Shown here: one piece after another, positions 18,867 to 30,621 of the stretch
How the letters are laid out: each line of letters starts with the position of its first letter
Position numbering within the stretch: the stretch's first letter is position 1
Assembly: GCA_963806225.1 (NCBI GenBank)
Contig: CAWDXG010000004.1
Coordinates: 4,704,001-4,768,000 of the forward strand
DNA length: 64,000 nucleotides
DNA from: an uncultured delta proteobacterium
GTDB taxonomy: Bacteria > Myxococcota_A > Polyangia > Polyangiales > Polyangiaceae
Direction of reading: 5' to 3'
Notes under the pieces: generated by a model
Told to the model about the DNA's origin: nothing
Databases searched by the model: none
Seen by the model: only the letters and a program-made list of their open reading frames with translations
Made by a program: the position numbers and the translations under genes

Positions 18867-21059
18867 AGCGTCGGATTGCGATGCTCGCGGCGCTGGTCGT
18901 GGCGGTGCTGGTCGCGGTGCCGGCGTTGGCGGCGCCCGCGCTCGTGCTCAGGCCGGCGCACGGTACCGCACCGCTCGAGCTGAGGCCTGCCGGCAACGGC
19001 TACGCCGGCCAGCTCGTGCTCCAGAACACCGGAAACGCCGACGTGGCGGTGCGCAGGCTGGAGATGCGGGGGGGCAGCGCGGAAAACCCGCGTCTACCCG
19101 TGGGGGTGACGGCGGCGTTCGAGAACGGCGGCACGAGCGCGGTGCTGTCGCCCGGCGCGTCCAAGCGCGTCGAGGTGCGTTGGACGCTGCCGCGACGGAT
19201 CCGTGTGCGCCAGCTGTGGGGCGAGGTGGTGGTCCTGACAGGCGAGAGCGCGGCGCCGAGCGCTTCCGCCGGCGTGCACGCACAGCTGCCCATGGCGATC
19301 CCGTGGCTGCTCGGTCACGCCTGCACCTGGCTGATCCTGATTCCGCTGATCGGCATTGTGGCGCTCTTCGCCGCTCACCTGGCAGGCTATCGCAAGCTGC
19401 GCAATCTGCGCTGGATCGGCATCGTCGCCAGCGGCGTGCAGCTTGCGCTGGCGCTCGGCCTGCTGGTGCGATTCGACCCCGCGCTGAGCCGGCTCGACGG
19501 CAACTCGGGCTACCAGCTCATCGAGCAGGGCCGGCTCCTGCCCGGGCTCGGGATCCAGTACGCGCTCGGCATCGACGGCATCTCGATCGGGTTGCTCGTC
19601 ATGGTGCCGCTGCTCGCGCTGGCGGCCTCGTTGATGAGCTACTCGGTGAGCCGCCGGCTCAAGTCGTACTGGCTCCTGCTTCTGCTGCTCGACGCGGGCC
19701 TGACGGGAGTGTTCGCCTCGCTCGATTCGATGTTGCTGGTCGGCTTCCTGGTGGTCGCGCTGGTTGCCGCGGTGCTGCTCGTCGCGGGCTCCGGCGGGCA
19801 GAAGCGGGCGGCTCTGCCGGCGGCCATGTACCTGGGTGCGGCCGTGCTGCTGCTCGTGTTCGTGTTCGTGTACCTGTCGGGTCACGCCGGGACGAGCTAC
19901 CTGTTCGATGGCTCGCCGTCGCCGCGCACCTTCTCGCTCATCGAGCTGTCGCACGTGGACTTCGCCCACAGGGGGCTTCTGATCGCCGGCCACAACGCGG
20001 TCAAGCTGCTCTACAGCGCGCTGTTCGTCGCCTGCGCGCTGCGTGCTGGGCGCGCCGCCGCTGCACGCCTGGTTGCCGCGCGCGCTCGGTCGCGCGCCGA
20101 GCGGCGTGGCGATGCTCGTCGCCGGCGCCGTGATGCCGGTCGGCGCGTACCTGCTTCTGCGTGTCGGTTACGCCGTGCTGCCGCAGGGCGCCGCCTGGGC
20201 GGCACAGACCGTTGCCGCATTCGGCGCCGCGGGCGTTGTCTACGCTGGGCTTGCAGCGCTCGCGCAGCCGGACCTCCGCCGCTTTGCCGCCTACGCATCG
20301 GTGAGCCAGATGAGCCTGTGCCTGCTGGCGCTGGGTTCGCTGACAGCCATCGGCGTGCAGGGCGCTGTGATGCAGATGCTCGGCCACGGGCTGGTTGCGG
20401 CTCTGCTGTTCGGGGTGATCGGTGCGCTGGGCGAGCGGCTGCACGAGACCCGCATCGACGCGTCTGCAGGTCTTTCGCGCGAGCGGCCCGAGCTGGGGCT
20501 GCTGCTCGCGGTCGCGCTCTTGGCCTCGCTCGGGCTGCCCGGCACGACCGGGTTCGTCGCCGAGTTGCTCGTGCTCATCGGAGCGACTCCTCTGGCGCGC
20601 GTGCCGATGCTGCTCGCCGTGATCGGGCTGGTGATCGCGGCTCTGGCGCACGTCCGGGTGTTCGGGCGCGTGCTGTCCGGTGACATTTCCCGAGCGCTTC
20701 CGGCGGGGCCCTACCTCGAAGCGCACGGCGGACGGGTTCCGCCGCTCGAGCAGCGTGAGGTGACGGCGCTCGTTCCGCTGGCGGTGCTGGTCGTGCTGCT
20801 GGGTATCGCGCCAGGGCTGCTGCTGTCCGCGACGCGGGGCAGCTGCCTCGATCACGCCGATCGCGTGAATCCGCCCGGCCCGACCCAGGTGGTCGAACGA
20901 GCGCCCGCGGCTTCCGTGCGGCTGGCAGAGCTGGAGCCGAACCCCCCGGAAATAAACAGTATTTGCTATTTTCCGGTTAAGTCTTCGCCGAGTTCTGCCG
21001 TCGTGCAGGATAGGCCGGCGCATTGGCGCGGGCCCCCAGCCGAGAGGACCAGCAGATGA
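18863..21059 (+). CDS. NuoM/ND4-like subunit with N-terminal signal peptide and Ig-like domain (frameshift near 20045)
   Basis: GTGA overlap; QNTGN...LSPGASKRVEVRW; YALGIDGIS; PLHAWLP; DLRRFAAYASVSQM; QMLGHGL; LGLPGTTGFVAE. Confidence 0.8.
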
Positions 21060-21499
21060 ATCCAGCGAAGCAAGTCGCGGCGCCGAAGCGCGAGGAACGC
21101 CAGGAGGCGACGATCACCCGACTCGACTCCGCAGCCGTTCCCACGACCCCTCCCCAGCGACGCGAGAACCCGCGCTATGGGGTCGAGCTCGACGTGAGCC
21201 TGGGCAGCGAGCACAACTTCTACGCCGGCTTCATCGAGAACATGTCCTCCGGTGGCGTGTTCGTCGCTACTCACATGATCAAGCCGGTCGGCGAGAGCCT
21301 GGAGATCTCCATCCACCTTCCCGACAGGGACATCCTGGTGCGGGGCGTCGGCGAGGTGCGCTGGATCCGCGAGTACTCCGAGCAGAGCAACGTGCCGCCT
21401 GGCATGGGCGTGCGCTTCGTGCACCTGGAACCGGGATCGCTGGAGGCCATCGAGGCCTTCCTCAAGCAGCGCGATCCGCTCTTCTTCGACGACGACTAG
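21056..21499 (+). CDS. PilZ-type c-di-GMP receptor (TIGR02266-like)
   Basis: RRENPR (RxxxR), ENMSSGGVFVAT (NxSxxG), GEVRW, PGMGVRF, RDPLFFD. Confidence 0.92.
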   Translation: MNPAKQVAAPKREERQEATITRLDSAAVPTTPPQRRENPRYGVELDVSLGSEHNFYAGFIENMSSGGVFVATHMIKPVGESLEISIHLPDRDILVRGVGEVRWIREYSEQSNVPPGMGVRFVHLEPGSLEAIEAFLKQRDPLFFDDD

Positions 21500-22383
21500 T
21501 TCCAGAGCGCGGGTAGCGCGGTCCAGGGGGCCGCGCTCCTTCGCGCTCAGGCGCCGCTCCTGCTCCCCGCGGATGCGCTTTTCTTCCTGGCCGAGCTCGC
21601 TGATGACCTCGAGCGCGCGCTCGGCCACGGCGCGATGCACGCGCGGCGAGCGCGGCTTGTCGAGCAGATCGCCGAAGTCGACGGGAGCACCGAACACGAT
21701 GTTCACGGTCTGCCCGGTGCCGGTGAAGTTGCTCGTCACCTGGCGCCCGAGGTTCTCCTGCAGGAGCCCGTTGATGAACACCGGGATCACGGGCACCTTG
21801 GCCTCGTGGATGATCCGGCCGACGCCGCGCTGCGCCGGCAGAAGCGTGTACGGGTCGTCGTCCTTCTTGCGCGTGCCTTCGGGGTGGAGCCCGGCGAAGG
21901 TACCGCCGCGGCGCAGCATCCACGCCAGCTCGTCCAGGCTCAGCACGTTGAGCGTGCAGCTTCTTCCGCTCGCGGAAGATCGGCGGGTACATCGCGAAGA
22001 AGCTCATCGCCCCGTTCACGACGAAGCCGAGCGCGCGGTCGTAGAAGAAGTTCGCGCGCACCGGGAACGCGATGCGGTGCGGCAGCATGCCGGCGTGCAC
22101 GAGGTGGCTCGTGACCACGTACAGGTCGAAGAAGCTGCGGTGGTTGGCGACGCAGATGAAGCTCTGCCGCGGGTCGAACTCCGGCAGGCGCTCGAGCCCG
22201 TGCACCTGCCGCAGGTTCTTCGTGCAGACGTGAATCCAGTTCGCGCCGACGTTCTTCTGCAGAAAGCGGATGGAACTGGTCGAGCCTGCCGGGCTCGAAG
22301 CTCCGGCGGATGAGGGCGATCTGCGTGCGTTCGGTGCGGCCCAGACGGCTCTCGGAGGCCGCGAGGAGATTGGGACGGTCCAC
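21497..22383 (-). CDS. Lysophospholipid acyltransferase split over three frames (shifts near 22272 and 21955); 3' end uncertain
   Basis: ANHRSFFD, HPEGTR and VIPVFING lie in successive frames. Confidence 0.75.
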
Positions 22384-22545
22384 GATTGCGATTTAGCAGA
22401 CGTGCGGCTGGGCGCGCGAGCCGAACTCCCGCGTAGCCGCGTGCGCAGCCGCGTCCGTTTTGCGCGTCCGGGGGCGAAAAGGGCGTACGCACCGGGCCGC
22501 CGACCCGTCGGGCAGCGGCTGCCAGGACCCCCCAAGGTCAGGCTG

Positions 22546-22868
22546 CTACTTGACGACCACCTGGGCCGAGAAGGGCATGCACTGGTTCTTCGAGCAGATG
22601 GCGCCGCGGAGCTTGCCGGCGCCCGAGGGCGCGCCGCTGACGCTGGCCGTGGTGTGCGAGAAGGAGAAGTGGCTCTTGTCGAGCTTGATGCTGCCCACCG
22701 TGAGCTTCCACGGGAACTTGTTGTTGACGTGCCAGCCGGCGTGCGTCGTGACGGTCACCTTGCCCTTGGCGGTGTGCACGTCGTAGTTCGGCCCGCCTGG
22801 GCGGGGGAGACGAGGGTACCGGCGGTGGCGAGGACTGCGACGGCCGTCGCAAGCAAGAGAGGGCGCAT
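22546..22868 (-). CDS. Small secreted beta protein with C-terminal ICSxxQC (frameshift near 22790)
   Basis: Signal MRPLLLATAVAVLATAG..AQA then (GPNYD)VHTAKGKV...GWHVNNKFPWKL...ICSKNQC. Confidence 0.7.
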
Positions 22869-23074
22869 GTCGTATCTCCTTTCGAGGGGCACACTCTTGT
22901 CCATCAGGACGCGACGAGCAAGCCGGAGTGGGGGACTGCCGCGTGGGCGTAATCTTTCAATTGCACCGGTCCAAGGGGGGTGGGGGCTGGGCCGGGAGCG
23001 AGTCATGGATGTTGTACGTTGTAGCCGGCCCGGACCTTCCCCACCGGCTGCCCGATTTGTGGAAAATGCAGCAG

Positions 23075-24304
23075 CTACGGGGTTTTTTCCGGAGCCCCGG
23101 CGCGTTCTTCAGGTGGGCGTATATTGCGGAAGAAGGCGTAGTAGAGCACGGCGTTGACGGCCTGCAGGCCCGCGGCGAGCTCGAGCGGCAAGCCCACCCA
23201 GACGCTCTGCATCAGCGAGCCGGCGATGGTCGGTCCGGGGCTCGACAGCACCTGTAGCGGCAGGTTGCTGAAGCCCGCGGCGGTGCTGCGATCGCGTTCG
23301 GGGATCACTCCCATCAGGAACGACTGGCGGATCGGGTTGGACAGCGTGTTCACGCCGGTTCGCATCAGGAAGAACGCGCTCGCGAGCCAGAAGGTCGGCA
23401 TCAGGGCCATGGTCGCGAGCAACGCGAGCCCGGCGAAGCGCGCTGCGACGATCGCGCGCACCGAGCCGAAGCGTCGCGCCAGCCGCCCCGAGAGCAGGTT
23501 CGAGGGAGCCGCGCCCAGGTTCGCCAGCAGGAACAGACCGCCGAGCTCCGTGGAGGTTGCGCCGAAGCGGACGTGGAACCAGTAGACCAGCACTGGCCCG
23601 AGGAAGCCGACGGCCAGCCCGTTGGTGCCGTTCGTGATCAAAAAGCGCAACAGCACCGGGCGCGTTGCCGGCTCGAGCGCGAACGCTCTGCGGGGCGGCG
23701 GGCGCGGCTTTTCCGTGACGGGGAGCACGACTGCGACCATCGCGAGGCCGATCAGCACGGTCAGGCCGAACAGCAGCCGATCGCCGACGAGCGGATCCAC
23801 GCCGGCCCAGCTCTGCAGTAGCCCCGGGGACATCGCGATGAGCGAGCCGGCTGCGCCGCTCAGCGTGCCGATGAGCGCCAGCGCGCCGAAGACGCGCGTG
23901 CGGTTCTCGTCGCCGGCGTGCTCGGCGATGAGCGGCTGCTCGGCAGGGTAGTACGGGCCGAACGCGCCGCCCGAACCGGCGCCGCCCCCGCGCCCGATGC
24001 TGCCCGCAGCGGCCGCGGCGAGCAGCACGTACAGGTTCGTGCCGAGCGCGAAGCCGAGCCCGCCGAGCGCGGTGAGCAGGCCGAGCATCACGAGCAGGCG
24101 CTTGCGCCCGAAGCGGTCGGCGAGCACGCCGACCGCGAGCGTTAGCAGCATGCCGCCCACGGCGCCTGCGGTGAACACGAGGCCGACCTGGACCGCGGAG
24201 TAGTGCAGCCGCGCCAGGTACAGGGGCGCGATGACGCCGAGATAGCCGAGCGTCAGGCTCCTGAGCGCGCGGCCGGCGAGCAGCAGCCGGAGCTGGCGGT
24301 TCAT
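23075..24304 (-). CDS. MFS transporter
   Basis: Motif A GVLADRFGRK, second copy GRLARRFG, ~12 hydrophobic segments. Confidence 0.92.
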   Translation of the reverse strand: MNRQLRLLLAGRALRSLTLGYLGVIAPLYLARLHYSAVQVGLVFTAGAVGGMLLTLAVGVLADRFGRKRLLVMLGLLTALGGLGFALGTNLYVLLAAAAAGSIGRGGGAGSGGAFGPYYPAEQPLIAEHAGDENRTRVFGALALIGTLSGAAGSLIAMSPGLLQSWAGVDPLVGDRLLFGLTVLIGLAMVAVVLPVTEKPRPPPRRAFALEPATRPVLLRFLITNGTNGLAVGFLGPVLVYWFHVRFGATSTELGGLFLLANLGAAPSNLLSGRLARRFGSVRAIVAARFAGLALLATMALMPTFWLASAFFLMRTGVNTLSNPIRQSFLMGVIPERDRSTAAGFSNLPLQVLSSPGPTIAGSLMQSVWVGLPLELAAGLQAVNAVLYYAFFRNIRPPEERAGAPEKTP

Positions 24305-25632
24305 CGCCCGACCCGCGCCTGGCGCAGGATTTCGCCGAGCCGGGGGCGCGAGCCGGTCAGAAGCAGTCCCACGCGGAACAGCCGGGCGCCGATCGCGATG
24401 GCGGCGACGATCGACACCAGCATCACCGCGAGCGAGCCGGCCAGCTGCCAGCCGGGCATGCCGCCGGGATCGATGCTGAGGCGCGTCACGATGGTGATCG
24501 GCGCCGTGAACGGGATCCAGCTGAGCACGCGGGCCAGCGTACCGTGCGGGTCGGATAGCAGCACCGTCATCAGCATCACGGGAACCATCGCCGGCAGCGC
24601 CAACAGCATGCCGAACTGCTGGCTTTCGCGCGCGTTGCTGCCGAAGGAACCGGTCGCGAGCATCAGGCTGCCAATGAACAGATAACCGAGCAGGAACAGC
24701 GGGCCGGCCGCGGCGATCGCAGTCCAGGGCAGGGCCGATGCGGCGCCGCCGAGCTCGACGGGCGCGGACAGCGCGCCGCCCGCAAGCATGGTCGACCACA
24801 CGCCGACCTGCAGGAGCCCCGCGGCGCCGAGGCCGATCAGCTTGCCGGCCATGATCTCGTCGGCGCTGGCGGACGCGAGCAGCACCTCGACGACCTTGTT
24901 CTCCTTCTCTACCGCCACGCCCTGCACCAGATACGAGGACGTGCTGACGAGCGACATCATCAGGAGCAGCGCCAGGATCAGCGGGACCAGCAGGCGCGCG
25001 GACATCTCGCTGTCGTTCGCGGCCTGCCGCTCCACGCCCGTCGTGCTGGGCAGCGTGCGGCGCTCGGCGCGTACCGGATCGAGCGCGCGCGACAGCAGCG
25101 GACCCTTGACCTGGCCGGTCAGGAGCTGGCGCCTGGCCAGCGCCCCGAGTGCGCGCTCGGTGGAGGCGCGGCCGATGCCGTCCAGCGGTCCGTCCTCTGC
25201 GCGCACGGCCTTGACCTTGCCGCTTTCGAGCCAGTCCGGCTCGAACACGAAGTAGCCGCGCAGCTTTCCGGCGCGGAGCTTGTCGCGCGCAGCGCTGCCG
25301 GAGGCAAACGGCACGAACACGACCTGGCCCTGCTCCAGCGCGCCGGTAGCCGCGAGCCCGGCTCGATGGAGCAGCTTCGCGGTGCGGCTGCTGGGTGCCT
25401 GCTGGCGGGCGGGCTGGTCGAGGTGCAGCGCGCCGCTCTGGTCCACGATGCCGAACAGCGCGGGCGTTTCGGCGTGGCTCTGCATGGCCTGGCCCTGCAG
25501 CGCGCCGACGCCGCCGAACAAGAGCGTGAAGAACAGCGGCATCACGAAGGTGAACACCAGATAGGGCACGCGCCGCACCACCGACGACAGCTCCCAGCTG
25601 GCGATGATGCGGACCTTGGCCGGGCGGATCAC
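24301..25632 (-). CDS. ABC-2 type permease (NatB/YhaP-like)
   Basis: VAVEKENKVVEVLLAS, IMAGKLIG, SWIPFTAP. Confidence 0.9.
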   Translation of the reverse strand: MIRPAKVRIIASWELSSVVRRVPYLVFTFVMPLFFTLLFGGVGALQGQAMQSHAETPALFGIVDQSGALHLDQPARQQAPSSRTAKLLHRAGLAATGALEQGQVVFVPFASGSAARDKLRAGKLRGYFVFEPDWLESGKVKAVRAEDGPLDGIGRASTERALGALARRQLLTGQVKGPLLSRALDPVRAERRTLPSTTGVERQAANDSEMSARLLVPLILALLLMMSLVSTSSYLVQGVAVEKENKVVEVLLASASADEIMAGKLIGLGAAGLLQVGVWSTMLAGGALSAPVELGGAASALPWTAIAAAGPLFLLGYLFIGSLMLATGSFGSNARESQQFGMLLALPAMVPVMLMTVLLSDPHGTLARVLSWIPFTAPITIVTRLSIDPGGMPGWQLAGSLAVMLVSIVAAIAIGARLFRVGLLLTGSRPRLGEILRQARVGR

Positions 25633-26537
25633 GCGGCGTGCTCCTGGCCGTCGGCTTCGGCCACCACGCGCACGAAGATCTCCTCCATGCTGGCGACCAC
25701 GGGCTCGAAGCTCTCGACGCGCATTCCGCCGCGTACCAGCTCGGCCAGGAGCTCGGCCGGTGCGCGCCCATCCTCGATGCGGACGAGCCAGCTGCCGTCG
25801 GTTTCGCGGCAGCGGGTGACGCCGTCGAGTGCGGGCAGCTCGTCGGGCGAGACCACGCGGAGCTCGGGCTGCGAGTGGCGCCGCCGCACGTCGTCGACGG
25901 TGCCGTATACGAGCAGCCGCCCGTTGTGGATCAGTGCGACGCGGTCGCACAGCCCCTCCACCTCGTTCATCTGGTGCGTCGAGAGGATCGTGGTGCGTCC
26001 CGCGGCGCGCCGCTCGCGGATGAGCTCGCGCACGAGCCTGAGGCTCACCGGATCGAGCCCCGAGAATGGCTCGTCCAGGATGCAGAGCTCCGGCTCGCAC
26101 AAGAGCGCCGAGGCGAGCTGCACCTTCTGGCTCATGCCCTTGCTCAGCCGCTCCACGCGCCAAGCGGCGGTGTGGGCGAGGTCGAGCCGCGCGAGCCAGC
26201 GATCCGAGCGTTCTTTCGCTTCTCGCCGCGACAGGCCCTTGAGCATGCCGAAGAAGACGAGCACCTCCGACACCGTCTGCTTCTTGTACAGGCCGCGCTC
26301 TTCCGGCAGGTAGCCGAGGGTGTCGAGCACCTGCCAGGTGATCGGCCTGCCCTCCAGCAGCACGCGTCCGGAGTCGGCGCGGATGATGTCCATCACGATG
26401 CGGATCAGCGTGCTCTTGCCCGCGCCGTTTGGTCCAAGCAGCCCCAGCACCTCGCCTGCGCCGACTTCGAGGTCGATGCCCGACAGCGCTGGCGTGTCGC
26501 CGTAGCGCTTGTGGACTCCCTCGATGACCAGCGCCAT
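25629..26537 (-). CDS. ABC-2 type ATP-binding protein
   Basis: GPNGAGKST, GYLPEERGLY, LSKGM, LDEPFSGLDP. Confidence 0.94.
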   Translation of the reverse strand: MALVIEGVHKRYGDTPALSGIDLEVGAGEVLGLLGPNGAGKSTLIRIVMDIIRADSGRVLLEGRPITWQVLDTLGYLPEERGLYKKQTVSEVLVFFGMLKGLSRREAKERSDRWLARLDLAHTAAWRVERLSKGMSQKVQLASALLCEPELCILDEPFSGLDPVSLRLVRELIRERRAAGRTTILSTHQMNEVEGLCDRVALIHNGRLLVYGTVDDVRRRHSQPELRVVSPDELPALDGVTRCRETDGSWLVRIEDGRAPAELLAELVRGGMRVESFEPVVASMEEIFVRVVAEADGQEHAA

Positions 26538-26538
26538 C

Positions 26539-28357
<1,819 letters not shown>

Positions 28358-28388
28358 GACCGCCGCTTGTGTCAGACTACGCGCTGAT

Positions 28389-29642
28389 TTGACTGCTTCG
28401 ACCCGCACAGCACTGGGCCTTGCGCTCGGCGTCGCGCTTGCCGCGTCCGGCTGCCACGACAAGAGCAAGCACTCCACGCCGCCGCTCACCGACATGGTCC
28501 AGGCGTTGCACGCGAAGCGCCCGCCCGGTGTCTGGCCCGGCTACGGCCACGACCCCGGACGCACCGGCGCGACGCGGGACGGCTGCAAGGGGCCGCTGAA
28601 GCTCTTGTGGCGCTTTTCGCCGCCGTCGGCCGCCACCGTGACGCACGCGATCGCGACGAAGGATGCCGTCTACGTCTCGGGGCAGGCCGGCGACTCGCCC
28701 GCGGTCTACCGCGTCAGCCTCTCGGGCAAGCTCGATTGGAGTTTCGATAGCCATGCCGATGTGACCCGCGGGCGCTGGCCCGATGCGGCGCTCGGGCACG
28801 TGATTTTGAACGACGACGGTTTCTTCTGGCTCGTGCCGGGTTCCGGAAAACGCTTCGGTCCGCAGCGGCTGGATACGTGGGGACAAACGCTCGGCGACGG
28901 CAAGCGACTCTACGTGGTCAACGAGCTGCACCTCGACGGCCCTGGTGTCTACGTCGGGGCGTTCGACCGATCCGTCAAGCCGCTGTGGAAGGCGAACACG
29001 TACATCAAGAAGCGCGGTCGGCTCGACGTGCTCGGCGCGATCGCGCTCGACGACGGAACGCTGTACCAGGCAGCGCTCTTCAAGGGTGCGGCGCTGTCCG
29101 GCTTGTACGCGCTGGACCCCGGAAGCGGCGCGCAGCGTTGGGCGCAGCGTGTCTACCCGGACAGCGCTATCAGCGCACAGCATGGTCGTATCTACCTGGT
29201 GGAAATGGACGCGCAGAGCAAACGGGCCCTTTTCTCGCGCAAGGGCAGCGACGGCACCGCGCTGTGGTCCGTGCCGGTCGACGACACCGATCACCAGGCG
29301 CCGGTCATCGCCGAGGACAAGGTTGTCACGTTCGGGCCGGAGAGCGGCATCGTCGCGCGCGCTGCGAAGACGGGAAAGTCCCTGTGGAAGGTCGGGCTCA
29401 TCGTGCCGGGCAAGGATCGCCCCGCTTATTCCACGGCGCTCGCAGCCGCGCTCGGCAGCCGCACACTCGTGGCCGCGTCGGGGCCCGAGCTTGCCGTGCT
29501 GTCGCTCGAAACGGGGCACGTCCAGTGGAAGGGTCACGTGGATTCGCTCCTGGGCGATCTGCACAGCCCTATCATCGCGGGCGGGCGCGTGTACGTTGTC
29601 TCGCACGGCAAGCTGCTGGCGCTCTCGTGCAAGGCGCCGTGA
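28389..29642 (+). CDS. PQQ-like beta-propeller lipoprotein
   Basis: Lipobox AASGC; WPGYGHDPGRTG; YALDPGSGAQRW and similar blades; SPIIAGGRVYV. Confidence 0.85.
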   Translation: MTASTRTALGLALGVALAASGCHDKSKHSTPPLTDMVQALHAKRPPGVWPGYGHDPGRTGATRDGCKGPLKLLWRFSPPSAATVTHAIATKDAVYVSGQAGDSPAVYRVSLSGKLDWSFDSHADVTRGRWPDAALGHVILNDDGFFWLVPGSGKRFGPQRLDTWGQTLGDGKRLYVVNELHLDGPGVYVGAFDRSVKPLWKANTYIKKRGRLDVLGAIALDDGTLYQAALFKGAALSGLYALDPGSGAQRWAQRVYPDSAISAQHGRIYLVEMDAQSKRALFSRKGSDGTALWSVPVDDTDHQAPVIAEDKVVTFGPESGIVARAAKTGKSLWKVGLIVPGKDRPAYSTALAAALGSRTLVAASGPELAVLSLETGHVQWKGHVDSLLGDLHSPIIAGGRVYVVSHGKLLALSCKAP

Positions 29643-30455
29643 CTAGCGCCCGCGCAGGCGGTGCTGCTCGGCCACCATGCGATCGCGCACGGCGTCGTGC
29701 AGACGCCGGTGATCGAAGTCGAACTCGGCCGGGTCCATGGGGTCGAGGATGCGCACCAGCACCTGCTGGGGATTGATGCGGAAGCTGTGCTTCGGCAGGA
29801 CGTGGTTCGTCCCCTCCAGCACCAGCGGCACTACCGGCACCTTGTTGCGGGCCGCGATCAGGAACGCCCCGCGATAGAACTTCTTGATCTCGCCGTCGGG
29901 TGAGCGTGTCCCTTCCGGAAAAACGAACAAGCTGTGCCCCTGGCTGAGCTTCTCGTGGCACATGCGCACCATGCGCATGATGCTCGGCAGGTAGCCGCGC
30001 TTGAGTGGGATGTAGCCGTTCAGCGCCATGTTCCAGCCCAGGAACGGGGCGTAGAAGTTCTCGATCTTGCTCACCCAGAGAAAGTCGAGCTTCGTCGCGA
30101 ACACCGCCAGGATGTCGACCATCGACTGGTGGTTCGACACGAACACGTACGGCCCTGCGCCGAGCCGCTCGCGCCCCTCCACGCGCACGCCGGCCAGTGG
30201 CGCCCACGCCAGATAGTGGCCGCCCCACCAGCTGGTGTAGCGATGCAGGAGCTTGCGCTTCTTGTCGAAGGGCGCGGTCACCACGAAGATGCCGAGCGCC
30301 GGGAAGAACAGCAGCGCGCAGGTCGTCAGCAGGTACGGCCAGTACAGGGTGCTGTAGATGCTTGTCAGCGCTGCACTGCGCCGTGGCCCAGGACGCTTTG
30401 GCGCTGCCGCCTTCGCGGTTCGCGCTTCCTCGACGGATGCCCCGCTGCTCGCCAT
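29643..30455 (-). CDS. 1-acyl-sn-glycerol-3-phosphate acyltransferase (PlsC-like)
   Basis: SNHQSMVD, FPEGTRS, VPVVP. Confidence 0.92.
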   Translation of the reverse strand: MASSGASVEEARTAKAAAPKRPGPRRSAALTSIYSTLYWPYLLTTCALLFFPALGIFVVTAPFDKKRKLLHRYTSWWGGHYLAWAPLAGVRVEGRERLGAGPYVFVSNHQSMVDILAVFATKLDFLWVSKIENFYAPFLGWNMALNGYIPLKRGYLPSIMRMVRMCHEKLSQGHSLFVFPEGTRSPDGEIKKFYRGAFLIAARNKVPVVPLVLEGTNHVLPKHSFRINPQQVLVRILDPMDPAEFDFDHRRLHDAVRDRMVAEQHRLRGR

Positions 30456-30621
30456 CCCCACCAAGTATGACGCACCCGTTTGCGGGCGCGTCAATGCCGC
30501 TCCCTGGCGCAGCGCGGCATCGCGCGGGTCCGCCTATTTTCCTGGGGGTCCTGGCAGCCGCTGCGCGTCGAGGAGCCGGCCCGACACGTACCCTCTGCCC
30601 CTCCCTGGCGGCGGCCGGCGC

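Noticed and set aside
14342..21059. Assigning the symbols nuoH, nuoL, nuoM
   Set aside because: Key residues and partner genes are missing, so orthology is unsupported
23075..25771. 898-aa MFS fusion
   Set aside because: The first 489 aa are an off-frame reading of the ABC permease; the MFS starts at 24304
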